From Candidatus Deferrimicrobiaceae bacterium (lineage in GTDB: Bacteria; Desulfobacterota; Deferrimicrobia; Deferrimicrobiales; Deferrimicrobiaceae), in the NCBI GenBank assembly GCA_963792415.1, contig CAWBVY010000004.1:64001-128000 (forward strand): a stretch of DNA of 64,000 nucleotides, written 5' to 3'. This document shows positions 1 through 14,259 of the stretch, one piece after another. Within the stretch, counting starts at the first letter, position 1. Every line of letters starts with the position of its first letter. The notes under the pieces were generated by a model. The model ran no database searches and had not been told where the DNA came from. It saw nothing but the letters and a program-made list of their open reading frames with translations. The position numbers were made by a program, and so were the translations under genes.

Positions 1-140
1 TACTTCGTCCACAGCAGGTACGACAGCGGCGCCAGCCCCATCGGCGCGCCGGGGTGCCCCGACTCCGCCTTCTGGACCGCATCGACCGACAGGAACCGGA
101 TGGTGTTGATCGCCCGCAACGCAAGCGCGTTGTTCTCCAC
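1..140 (-). CDS. tkt: Transketolase, N-terminal fragment (continues beyond window start)
   Basis: Hand translation (V)[37 protein letters not shown] matches the transketolase N-terminal motif; GTG at 140 with GGAGG 5 nt upstream (alternative ATG at 152). Confidence 0.9.
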   Translation of the reverse strand, partial: MENNALALRAINTIRFLSVDAVQKAESGHPGAPMGLAPLSYLLWTK

Positions 141-200
141 GGTGGCCTCCATTGATTGGGTCAGCGAAGATTCATCTTATCATCGCCGATCCCCTTCATT

Positions 201-893
201 TTAATCCCCCGCCATGGAAATATTGAATTCGACGACCGAGGCCAGCCCGAGGAGGGTTTTCGACAATTTCTCGATATTGTCGCCATCCATGGTTCGAACG
301 GTCATGCGATATTCCAGCTGCTCCCCCTTTTCCAACAGTCGGTAGCTGACCTTGGCGACGGAAAACCCGTTTTTTTCATGCAATTCCCTGATTTCCGTCT
401 CGGACAGATAGTTGTCCCGACCGAAGACGATGGTGTTGTTCGCGAATATCTGCACAGGCATCCTGTTTTCCACCTTCCGGAAAACCGTCAATATCCCGAC
501 CGTGATGACGGATCCGACGAGGACGACGCTGTAGAAACCTACCCCGGCGAGAATTCCTATCGCAGCCGTAATCCAGATGGAAGCCGCGGTCGTCAACCCC
601 CGCACGGTAAGTCCTTCCCGCACGATAACGCCCGCACCGAGAAAGCCGATTCCGGTCATGACCCCCTGCGCCATGCGCGTCGGGTCGATTCGAACGGTCT
701 CGAGCGGCGCACCGGCAAACCATTTCGCCTGGTACATCGTGACGAGCATCAGCAGGCTCGATGCGAGACAAACCAGCGTATGCGTCCTGAAACCGGCCGG
801 GCGGCCATGATAACTCCGCTCCAGCCCGATGATCCCGCCGGCCAGGGTCGCAACCAGCAGATGCGTCAATATATCGAGCCATTCCCGCTCCAT
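201..893 (-). CDS. mgtC: MgtC/SapB family membrane protein
   Basis: GGIIGLERSYHGRPAGFRTH and AQGVMTGIGFLGAG motifs; ATG at 893 within ORF 201..1277. Confidence 0.85.
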   Translation of the reverse strand: MEREWLDILTHLLVATLAGGIIGLERSYHGRPAGFRTHTLVCLASSLLMLVTMYQAKWFAGAPLETVRIDPTRMAQGVMTGIGFLGAGVIVREGLTVRGLTTAASIWITAAIGILAGVGFYSVVLVGSVITVGILTVFRKVENRMPVQIFANNTIVFGRDNYLSETEIRELHEKNGFSVAKVSYRLLEKGEQLEYRMTVRTMDGDNIEKLSKTLLGLASVVEFNISMAGD

Positions 894-916
894 GCCGTGA
901 ACTCCTTTCCGTTGCG

Positions 917-1486
917 TTACCCCCGGTAATGGTCGAACAGGATCTTCACGCCGATGGCGACGAGGACGAGGCCGCCGACGACCTCCATCCGACTGCCGAA
1001 GACCGTGCCCAGGCGCTTGCCGAGATGGAGCCCCGCGGCGGTGAAGGTGCACGCCACGATCCCGATCACGATTCCCGGGTAGACGATCCCCTCGCTGTGG
1101 AGCACGCCGAGGCTGATCCCCACCGCGAGCGCGTCGATGCTGGTCGCCACCGACAGGACGACCAGGGACATCCCGCGCGTGGGATCCTTCCCGCCGCCGC
1201 CTTCCTCCCCGCCTCCCCATCCCCCCTCGTACATCATCTTCCCGCCGATGTACCCGAGCAGGGCGAAGGCGAGCCAATGGTCGTACCCCTTGATGTACCT
1301 CTCCACGGTCATCCCCGCAAGGTACCCGACCACGGGCATCAGGAACTGGAAGAGGCCGAAGTGAAAGGCGAGGCGGAAGGTCTGCCGGCCGGACACCGAC
1401 CCGAGAACGATCCCCGTGGCGATCGCCACGGCAAAGGCGTCCATCGCCAGACCCACCGCGACCCCGAGAAGCGTCAGGGTGTCGAT
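917..1486 (-). CDS. mntP: Manganese efflux pump MntP family
   Basis: GLAMDAFAVAI and ATSIDALAVG motifs; probable non-canonical ATC start at 1486 after GGGAGGT (the ORF track starts at GTG 1456). Confidence 0.85.
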   Translation of the reverse strand: MDTLTLLGVAVGLAMDAFAVAIATGIVLGSVSGRQTFRLAFHFGLFQFLMPVVGYLAGMTVERYIKGYDHWLAFALLGYIGGKMMYEGGWGGGEEGGGGKDPTRGMSLVVLSVATSIDALAVGISLGVLHSEGIVYPGIVIGIVACTFTAAGLHLGKRLGTVFGSRMEVVGGLVLVAIGVKILFDHYRG

Positions 1487-1554
1487 CGGAACCTCCCTCG
1501 GAGTGCTACCATTAGGTCATTGCTTAAAGATACCGCGTGGGAGGTCGGGACGCC

Positions 1555-4329
<2,775 letters not shown>

Positions 4330-4353
4330 CGGGACGCTCCGAGCCGGGTCGGC

Positions 4354-4983
4354 TCAGAGACCGGAAACCTGCTCTGAGATCACGAAGCCGCGTTCCCGGA
4401 GCGCCCGGCGGACCGCCGGGCCGTCGATCGTGGCGACCCGCAGGTGGGCGTTCAGCGCCCCGATCTCGCCCTGCGGCGCGATCAGGACGCTGCGGACCTC
4501 GACGCCCATCCCCCCGAAGACGTCGATCAGCTCCTCGAACCGGGCCATGTTCCGGGGAAAGGTGACGTCGACGCAGAAGCAGACCTCGTTCACGTCGAGG
4601 AGGTCGACGAAGGCCTTCAGCAGGTCGGCTCTCGTGATGATCCCTACCAGGCGGTCCCCGGAGAGCACGGGGAGGGCACCGAACTTTTCCCGGGTGAGGA
4701 TGAGGAGCGCGTCCTCGACCGAATCGTCGGGGGTGACGGACCAGACCTCCGTCCGCATCGCCTCCCGAACCGGCAGGTCTTCCGCCGTGCCCCCTTCCGC
4801 GGGCATCGTGCCGTACGAGGCGTTCCGCAGGTCCGCGTCGGACAGGATCCCGACCAGTCTCCCGCCCTCGACCACCGGAAGGTGGTGGAACCGGTGCTCC
4901 CGGAGGATCCTCGCAGCGAACGAGAGCGGGTCGTCCGGCGACACCGTCTTCGGATCCCTCGTCATCCGCTTCCCGACGTACAT
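4354..4983 (-). CDS. CBS-domain pair plus ACT-like domain protein (AcuB-like)
   Basis: Tandem CBS motifs (HLPVVEGGRLVGILS, LPVLSGDRLVGIITRAD) and a C-terminal ACT-like segment. Confidence 0.8.
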   Translation of the reverse strand: MYVGKRMTRDPKTVSPDDPLSFAARILREHRFHHLPVVEGGRLVGILSDADLRNASYGTMPAEGGTAEDLPVREAMRTEVWSVTPDDSVEDALLILTREKFGALPVLSGDRLVGIITRADLLKAFVDLLDVNEVCFCVDVTFPRNMARFEELIDVFGGMGVEVRSVLIAPQGEIGALNAHLRVATIDGPAVRRALRERGFVISEQVSGL

Positions 4984-5166
4984 CCGACCCTCCTGCGCAC
5001 CGCGAAGGGACCACCGGGCCCTTTGCAAACCGGCTGCCCGGCTTTAATGTAACGCATCCCCCCCGGCCTGCACAAGGGCGCCCTCCGGATCGAAAAAGAC
5101 GGATATTCCGGCACGTCGAACCGGGATAGAATGCCGGGGTATCCGTTCGGCAACTGCGACAAGGAG

Positions 5167-5230
5167 GGCGCCCCACTCCCGTATGAAATACGCTCCCTGG
5201 GGTACCCTCACTACAGGAAAAACGGAGGGC
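5167..5230 (-). repeat. Diverged single copy of the 60-bp repeat unit, inverted relative to the 8391 array
   Basis: ggcgccccactccc..aaata.cgctccctggggtaccc..aggaaaaacgg matches the reverse complement of the 8391-8450 unit. Confidence 0.8.
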
Positions 5231-5236
5231 AACACG

Positions 5237-5734
5237 ATGCAGACGAAACGATGGACGATTCTCGCGCTAGCGGTCGGGATCCTGCTGGTGGCGGGGGGGC
5301 CGTTCCCGGCGGTCACGGCCGTCCGGGCGGACCCGGGATGCGGCCACCATGCAGGGTGCGGTCCGGGTTGCCCCCACCACGGCGAGCGCCCGGGGTGCCC
5401 CGGGTGCGGGGGCGAGCGCGGCTGCCCCAAGGGTGCGGGGCAGGCGGTTCCCCCCTGCATGCAGGACAACGCGGCCGCCGTCCCCGGGGGGATGCACCGG
5501 AGGATGCACGGCGGCGAAGGGGCTCCGCCGATGCGGAATGCGATGGGGCAGCATATGGAGGAGATGCGGGCCACGGTGGGGCAACTGCGCGCGCTCGAAG
5601 CGAAGATGGAGAGCCTGAAATCGAAGGACGACGCGGCCGCCTTCCGCGCCGCCTCCCTCGAGCATTCGAAACTGCTGACCGACCTCCAGGCGTCGCACCT
5701 GAAGCACATGGAAGAGATGATGGGCGGGAGATGA
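5237..5734 (+). CDS. Secreted Cys/His/Gly/Met-rich hypothetical protein
   Basis: Signal-peptide-like N-terminus, GGAGG RBS, CGHHAGCGPGCPHHG segment and helical C-terminus. Confidence 0.65.
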   Translation: MQTKRWTILALAVGILLVAGGPFPAVTAVRADPGCGHHAGCGPGCPHHGERPGCPGCGGERGCPKGAGQAVPPCMQDNAAAVPGGMHRRMHGGEGAPPMRNAMGQHMEEMRATVGQLRALEAKMESLKSKDDAAAFRAASLEHSKLLTDLQASHLKHMEEMMGGR

Positions 5735-5803
5735 ACCGGGCGGCTCCAACCCGGCGCGCCCCCGCCCACGGATAGCCGAAGGAAGGAAAATTTTCCCGGG
5801 AGG

Positions 5804-5834
5804 CCCCGGCGGGGAGGCAAGCCCCCCGCCGGGG
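5804..5834. terminator. GC-rich hairpin between convergent genes
   Basis: ccccggcgggg...ccccgccgggg inverted repeat. Confidence 0.5.
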
Positions 5835-5860
5835 AATGGTACCGCGCCCGATCCGCCCGG

Positions 5861-8366
<2,506 letters not shown>

Positions 8367-8390
8367 TGTTGCATTTCATACGGCTGTGGC

Positions 8391-8630
8391 CCCCGTTCTC
8401 CTACTGCGGGGGTACCCCAGGGAGCGCATTTCGTCCGGGAGTGGGGTGCCCCCCGTTCTCCTACTGCGGGGGTACCCCAGGGAGCGCATTTCGTCCGGGA
8501 GTGGGGTGCCCCCCGTTCTCCTACTGCGGGGGTACCCCAGGGAGCGCATTTCGTCCGGGAGTGGGGTGCCCCCCGTTCTCCTACTGCGGGGGTACCCCAG
8601 GGAGCGCATTTCGTCCGGGAGTGGGGCGCC
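8391..8630. repeat. Tandem array of 4 x 60-bp units, preceded by a MITE-end-like sequence at 8366
   Basis: Units at 8391, 8451, 8511 and 8571 are identical except one base in the last; each contains the palindrome GGGGTACCCC; there are no spacers. Confidence 0.95.
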
Positions 8631-8658
8631 CCCCCTCCTGCGGCGACTCCGCCGAAGG

Positions 8659-11295
8659 TTACGATTCCTTCCCCGGGGAGGCCAAGTAGCAGACGACCCG
8701 CTGGCGGAACGAATTGGCGTTCAGGTACAGGCGCCGCCCGCCTCCCGCGTCGGGGAAATCGATGACGCGGACGACCCCCTCCCACTCCGTATCCTCGGGG
8801 AGCAGTTCGGCGAGGCGGTTCGGGGCGCCCGCGAGGAACTTCAGGTTCAGGGAATCCCCGCGCCTCGTCGGGTGGACCGCAAGGTACAGCATGTTCGCCT
8901 CGACCAGGTCGTTGAAAAAGTGGGTCCCGAGCGACATGTCGGGAACCACGGGCATCCCCACCCCGATGATCTCGCAGATCGCCGACACCTTGTCGATCTC
9001 GGCGAACGATACGGGCACCCCGAGGGACGACGTGCTCGTCCCCCAGCGGCCGGGGCCCAGCAGCAGGGTGTTGCGGTCCCCCCCTTCCCGTGGAAGATGG
9101 ACGATCCGGCCGATGAGACGTCCGACGGAGGGTCGGTCCCGCAGCGGGAGCGCCGAGTAGGCCGCGGGGTCGACGAAGATCACGCGGTCGAGGCGGGACA
9201 GGGAGCTTTGCCCGATGACCGGCCCGCGCGACTCGAGCAGGAGGGCGCCCCGCGGGATCCGCTTCGGCGGGTCGACGATGTTCCCCCCCTCCTTCACCTG
9301 CAGCGGCCGGCATTGCACGAGATTCACGAGACACCGCCCGTCCGGAAGGAAGTTCGCCGTAAACTCGGTGTCCACCGGGTATTCGTAGGCGTCCCGGAGG
9401 ATCCCCAGCATCTCCCGCAGGTACGGGACGAACGGGGTCTCGGAAAGGAGTTTCCCGAACGTGAGGACCCATCCTTCTCCGGAGGACCGGGGAGGCGCTC
9501 CCTCGGAGCGCGGCGGGGCGCTCCGGGGCACGGCGTAAAGGTCGATCGGCAGGTCGGGGGAGGCGCGCGCCACGTCGTCGATCCTCTCCGACGTGAACCG
9601 GTTCTCCCGCAGGTCGAGAAGGTCCACCCGGCGCTGTGAAAAGGCCGGGGAGCCGGACCGTTCCGCGTCGGGGCGGCGCTGCGGCGCGTTCAGCGCCACC
9701 AGGCGGGTGTAGTCGTCGTCGGACCGGTCGACCGCCCGGGTCCCCAGCCCGAACACCAGGCGCAGCACCCCGGCCTCGGGGTCGATCTGCTGGCTCCAGA
9801 CGTACGGGTTGTACGACAGGCCCACCCCCGCCACCTGCGGGTAGAACAGGTGCCCGTGGACCGCCCCCGACACGCGCTGGACGAGGATCGCCATCTGCTC
9901 GTCCCGGTCGATCAGCCCCCGGTGCGCGCGGTACAGAAGCGCCTCGGGGCTCATCGTGCTGGCGTACACGGTGCGGACCGCCGAGAGGAACGCGTCGAGG
10001 CGCTCCTTCGGCGACCCCTGGTTCGGGCAGAAAACGCTGTCGTACTTCCCCGTGAAGGCGTTGCCGAAGCCGTCCTCGAGAAGCGAGCTCGACCGGACGA
10101 TGATCGGCGACTGGCCGAAATACTCGAGCATCGCCACGAACTGCTCCTGGAGGAATCCCGGGAAAGTTCCCGACAGGATCCGCTCCCTCGCCACGTCGGC
10201 CCCGTCCATGAAGGTGTCGATGTTGCGTTGGTCCCTCCGTGCGCGCCAGCACCCGTTGCGGACGAGGAACGTGTAGAAGAAGTCGGAGCCGATGTAGAAC
10301 GAGTCGTGCGTCTCCAGCCGGTCCTTCCAGCGGGGATCCGTTCTGCAGAGGATCGCGCGGGCGAGAAGCATCCCTACCGACTTCCCGCCGATCAGCCCCG
10401 TGCCGATCATCCGTTTCCGGAGGGCGAGCAGGTCGTCGAGATCGAACCACCGGGAGGCGAGGCCCACCAGCCGCTCGTCGCGGGTGATGATCATCCGGAG
10501 GAGCCGCCCGAAGATCTCCGGCGCGTCCTTCCCGGGGCGCGCGCCGAGCCGGACCTCGTCGATCACCTCCCTCGCCTGGAGGAGCTTCCGGTCCCAGATG
10601 TCGAGCGTGCGCGAGGCGGCGTCCACGCGCCGCTTCGAGAGGTCCTCCAGCACCTCGGAGAGGACCGCGCTCTCCGTGAGGGGGCGGAACGCCTTCCCGT
10701 CGCGGACGTGGGGTAGATACATCGTCGGGGAGGAGCGCCGGTCGACCTTCAGCGGGTGGACGTAGAGGCGGTCCTTGTGGCGGAAGACGTCGATCAGCAA
10801 CTGCGTCGTGCCGCGGATCGACGAGACGGCGTGGAACGAGTGTCCGTCGCGCAGAAGGGCGAAGTAGGTCACCGTGTCGAGGTCGTACAGGTACGGGCAG
10901 GTGACCATGAAGAAGTTGCCCAGCATCAGGTCGCTGTACCAGTCTGCCGCAAGGTCCGAAAGGCAGTCGAAGACGTAGAAGGCGCCCCGCCCCGCCTCCT
11001 CGATCACCTTGTGGATCCGGGCGGTGAACGTCTCGAAGCCCACTTCGGGATGGAGGGTGTGGATCTCCGCGCCGATCCCCCGGGGGACGAGCTCGGGGTG
11101 GCGTGCGAAGCGGAAGTAGACGAGACGTTTCCCGCGGGCGATCGCGTCGCGGACGAACGGGTCGACGAAGGGACGGTAATCCTCGACGGCGTCCACCTGC
11201 CAGACGATGTTGTCGCCGGGGAGGATCCCCGTGAAAACCCGGTCCAGGCCGGGCAACCCGGTGCTCAATATCTCCGATTTCCGGCGCGCGGCCAG
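8659..11295 (-). CDS. PEP synthase/PPDK-like ATP-grasp protein with N-terminal KaiC/RecA-like domain
   Basis: IGGKS, VRSSSLLEDG...FTGKYDS, MAILVQRV and LVQCRP motifs; N-terminal STGLPGLDRV; start uncertain (CTG 11295 or TTG 11268). Confidence 0.8.
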   Translation of the reverse strand: MAARRKSEILSTGLPGLDRVFTGILPGDNIVWQVDAVEDYRPFVDPFVRDAIARGKRLVYFRFARHPELVPRGIGAEIHTLHPEVGFETFTARIHKVIEEAGRGAFYVFDCLSDLAADWYSDLMLGNFFMVTCPYLYDLDTVTYFALLRDGHSFHAVSSIRGTTQLLIDVFRHKDRLYVHPLKVDRRSSPTMYLPHVRDGKAFRPLTESAVLSEVLEDLSKRRVDAASRTLDIWDRKLLQAREVIDEVRLGARPGKDAPEIFGRLLRMIITRDERLVGLASRWFDLDDLLALRKRMIGTGLIGGKSVGMLLARAILCRTDPRWKDRLETHDSFYIGSDFFYTFLVRNGCWRARRDQRNIDTFMDGADVARERILSGTFPGFLQEQFVAMLEYFGQSPIIVRSSSLLEDGFGNAFTGKYDSVFCPNQGSPKERLDAFLSAVRTVYASTMSPEALLYRAHRGLIDRDEQMAILVQRVSGAVHGHLFYPQVAGVGLSYNPYVWSQQIDPEAGVLRLVFGLGTRAVDRSDDDYTRLVALNAPQRRPDAERSGSPAFSQRRVDLLDLRENRFTSERIDDVARASPDLPIDLYAVPRSAPPRSEGAPPRSSGEGWVLTFGKLLSETPFVPYLREMLGILRDAYEYPVDTEFTANFLPDGRCLVNLVQCRPLQVKEGGNIVDPPKRIPRGALLLESRGPVIGQSSLSRLDRVIFVDPAAYSALPLRDRPSVGRLIGRIVHLPREGGDRNTLLLGPGRWGTSTSSLGVPVSFAEIDKVSAICEIIGVGMPVVPDMSLGTHFFNDLVEANMLYLAVHPTRRGDSLNLKFLAGAPNRLAELLPEDTEWEGVVRVIDFPDAGGGRRLYLNANSFRQRVVCYLASPGKES

Positions 11296-11365
11296 GGCGT
11301 CACCCCCCGTACGGATCGATCCGTTCCGAAGTACGTTACCACGACTCCCGGCATACAATGCGCAC

Positions 11366-11737
11366 ATGAGGGAGAGAGCGGCCATCCTGGTCTTCGATGC
11401 GGATTGCCCCGTGTGCCGCGCGGCCGCCGACTGGGTCCGGCGCAGCGCCGCCGTTCCCGACGCCTTCGAATATCTCCCCTGCCGCTCCGCGGAAACCCGT
11501 TCGCGATTCCCCGCGATCTCCGAGGCCGCATGCCTTGAGGCGATGCACCTCGTCCTGCACGACGGAACGATTCTCGCCGGGGAACAGGCGCTCCCCGAGA
11601 TCCTGCGCCGCACGCGGCGATACCGGTGGGCCGCCGTCCTCTTCCGGCTCCCCGGCGCCGGGATCGTGTCGCGCCTCCTCTACCGCGCCTTCGCGCGCCG
11701 ACGCCACGGGGTCTCCCGCCTTTTGCCTCCGAGGTGA
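11366..11737 (+). CDS. DCC1-like thiol-disulfide oxidoreductase (DUF393)
   Basis: VFDADCPVCR (DxxCxxC) motif. Confidence 0.8.
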   Translation: MRERAAILVFDADCPVCRAAADWVRRSAAVPDAFEYLPCRSAETRSRFPAISEAACLEAMHLVLHDGTILAGEQALPEILRRTRRYRWAAVLFRLPGAGIVSRLLYRAFARRRHGVSRLLPPR

Positions 11738-11921
11738 ATCGTCCCCGTGCCTGGAAGGGAGCCGGGAAATCCTGCTGGGAAAACCCCGGGAATGCCACGT
11801 CTCCCCCCCCCCACCCCCCAAAAAATTCTCGTGGGTGCGATGGTGGCCGGATCATGTATAATCAGCGGACGCGGGGTAGAGGCAGCGGTTCCGCAGCCCG
11901 GGGAATGGACGGGGAGGGGCG

Positions 11922-12656
11922 ATGATCCGGTTCGAGGGCGTCCACAAATGGTTCGACAAGCTGCACGTGCTGAACGACATCAACCTTCATGTGCGGACGG
12001 GCGAGGTCGTCGTGGTCTGCGGCCCCTCCGGCTCCGGGAAGTCCACCCTCATCCGGACGATCAATGACCTCGAGCCGATCAACGAGGGGAAGCTGTTTGT
12101 CGACGGGAAGGACCTCTCGGACAAGAAGACCGACATCAACAAGCTGCGGGCGGAGATCGGCTTCGTCTTCCAGCAGTTCAACCTCTACCCCCACCTCTCG
12201 GTCCTCAAGAACATCACCCTGGCCCCCATGAAGATCCGCAACAAGAGCCGGCAGGAGGCGGAAAAGAAGGCCCTCGCGCTCCTCGAGCGCGTCGGGTTGT
12301 CCGAGAAGCGGGACGCCTACCCGTCGCAGCTCTCGGGCGGCCAGCAGCAGCGGGTGGCGATCGCGCGGGGGCTCGCGATGGACCCGAAGATCATGCTCTT
12401 CGACGAGCCGACATCGGCCCTCGACCCCGAGATGATCGGCGAGGTTCTCCAGGTCATGAAGGACCTGGCGCTCTCGGGGATGACGATGGTCGTGGTCTCG
12501 CACGAAATGGGGTTCGCCCGGGAGGTCTCCCAACGCATCATCTTCATGGACTTCGGGACGATCCTGGAGGAGGCCCCTCCGGAGCAGTTCTTCAAGAACC
12601 CGCAACACGACCGGGCGAAGCAGTTCCTGAAGCAGATCCTTTCGCCCATGCACTGA
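11922..12656 (+). CDS. Polar amino acid ABC transporter ATP-binding protein (GlnQ-like)
   Basis: [17 protein letters not shown] and [11 protein letters not shown] motifs. Confidence 0.93.
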   Translation: MIRFEGVHKWFDKLHVLNDINLHVRTGEVVVVCGPSGSGKSTLIRTINDLEPINEGKLFVDGKDLSDKKTDINKLRAEIGFVFQQFNLYPHLSVLKNITLAPMKIRNKSRQEAEKKALALLERVGLSEKRDAYPSQLSGGQQQRVAIARGLAMDPKIMLFDEPTSALDPEMIGEVLQVMKDLALSGMTMVVVSHEMGFAREVSQRIIFMDFGTILEEAPPEQFFKNPQHDRAKQFLKQILSPMH

Positions 12657-12685
12657 CCCACCACCAACAGGAGGAGGAAAGAACG

Positions 12686-13531
12686 ATGGCGAGAAAAATC
12701 GGGTTGTTCATCGTGGCGCTCGCGATGGTCGGAGCGATGTGCGGCGCGGCGCTGGCGGGCGACACGCTGGCGGAGGTGAAGAAGAGCGGCGTGCTGGTGG
12801 CGGGCGTGAAGGACTCCCTGCCGCCGTTCGGGTCCGTGGACCCGAACACCAAGGAGTTCGTCGGGTACGACATCGATTTCGTCAAGTACATCGCCAAGAA
12901 GCTGGGCGTGAAGGTGGAGTACAAGCCGGTCTCCTCCGCGAACCGGATGCCGATGCTGATGGAGGGGCGCATCGACCTGATCGCCGCAACGATGACGAAG
13001 AACCCGGAACGGGCGAAGCAGATCGATTTCAGCTACACCTACTTCCTCACCGGCCAGAAGTTCCTCACGAAGAAGGGGACGGTCAAGAGCCTGAAGGACC
13101 TCGAGGGGCAGAAGATCGGGACGGCGAAGGGATCCACCTCGGAGCAGAACGTGAAGAAGGCGGTCCCGTCCGCCACGGTCCTCTCCTTCGACGACTATCC
13201 GCAGGGGGCTCTCGCGCTGCAGCAGGGGAAGGTCATCGCCGTGACCACGGACGAGTCGATCCTGGCCGGCCAGCTCGGCAAGTTCGAGAAGAACCCCGCG
13301 TCGAAGGGGAAGTTCGAGATCCCCGACCTCGCGATCTCCGAGGAGCCTTACGGCATAGGGATGCGGAAGGGCGACACGAACTTCGTGAAGTTCGTCAACG
13401 ACACGATCCTGGAGATGGAGAAGAACGGCGAGGCGGCGAAGATCTTCCAGAAGTGGTTCGGCCCGGACTCGGACAGCCCGATCGCGCGGGGAACGTTCAA
13501 GATCACCGCCGACAAGCGCGGGACCGAGTAG
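12686..13531 (+). CDS. Polar amino acid ABC transporter substrate-binding protein 1 (Glu/Asp/Gln type)
   Basis: Signal peptide; family 3 SBP motifs GYDIDF, ERAKQIDFS and EPYGIG. Confidence 0.9.
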   Translation: MARKIGLFIVALAMVGAMCGAALAGDTLAEVKKSGVLVAGVKDSLPPFGSVDPNTKEFVGYDIDFVKYIAKKLGVKVEYKPVSSANRMPMLMEGRIDLIAATMTKNPERAKQIDFSYTYFLTGQKFLTKKGTVKSLKDLEGQKIGTAKGSTSEQNVKKAVPSATVLSFDDYPQGALALQQGKVIAVTTDESILAGQLGKFEKNPASKGKFEIPDLAISEEPYGIGMRKGDTNFVKFVNDTILEMEKNGEAAKIFQKWFGPDSDSPIARGTFKITADKRGTE

Positions 13532-13550
13532 CCGGAGCGGGAAGCCACCG

Positions 13551-14258
13551 TTGCTGACCTACAAGTTCGACTGGGCGATCGTCACCTCCGGGAAGTATTT
13601 CGATTGGATCGTTTCCGGATTCTACGTCACGATCAAGCTCTCGACGGTGTCGATCGCCCTGTCGTTCCTGCTCGGGTTGATCATCGCGATCATGCGGATG
13701 AGCCACCTCCGGCCGATCCGCTGGTTCGCCCACGGGTACCTCGAGTTCTTCCGCAACACCCCGCTGCTGGTCCAGATCTTCTTCTGGTACTTCGGTTCCT
13801 ACAAGGTGCTCCCGGCGGTGGCGAACGACTGGCTGGTCACGCAGGACTTCGAGTTCGCCGCCGCCGTGATCGCCCTTACGATCTACACCTCCGCCTTCAT
13901 CGCGGAGGACATCCGGTCCGGGGTCCGCTCCATCCCGAAGGAGCAGATGGAGGCGGCCCGCAGCTCCGGCTTCTCCTATATCCGTTCGATGCAGTACATC
14001 ATCCTGCCGCAGGCGGTGCGCCTCACGATCCCGCCGCTCATCAACCAGTTCCTGAACCTGATGAAGAACTCGTCGCTGGCGATGACGATCGGCGTCGCCG
14101 AACTGATGTACCAGGCGCGGCAGGTGGAGAGCTACACCTTCAAGGGGTTCGAGGCGTTTTCCGCGGCGACCCTGGTATACCTGACGCTCTCCTTCACCAT
14201 CACCGGGCTGATGACCCTCTACGACAAGAAGGTCCTCCAGCCCCTCAAGGGGCGATGA
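13551..14258 (+). CDS. Amino acid ABC transporter permease
   Basis: FRNTPLLVQ and EAARSSG (EAA loop). Confidence 0.9.
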   Translation: MLTYKFDWAIVTSGKYFDWIVSGFYVTIKLSTVSIALSFLLGLIIAIMRMSHLRPIRWFAHGYLEFFRNTPLLVQIFFWYFGSYKVLPAVANDWLVTQDFEFAAAVIALTIYTSAFIAEDIRSGVRSIPKEQMEAARSSGFSYIRSMQYIILPQAVRLTIPPLINQFLNLMKNSSLAMTIGVAELMYQARQVESYTFKGFEAFSAATLVYLTLSFTITGLMTLYDKKVLQPLKGR

Positions 14259-14259
14259 C

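Noticed and set aside
1487-1554. yybP-ykoY Mn riboswitch upstream of mntP
   Set aside because: Only about 70 bp separate the divergent mntP and acnA starts, and no recognisable motif is present.
8376-8609. Repeat-encoded ORF (MRSLGYPRSRRTGGTPLPDE)n
   Set aside because: A by-product of a 60-bp unit that is open in several frames; no independent coding evidence.
8391-8630. CRISPR array
   Set aside because: The units are contiguous identical 60-mers with no unique spacers, and no cas genes are present.
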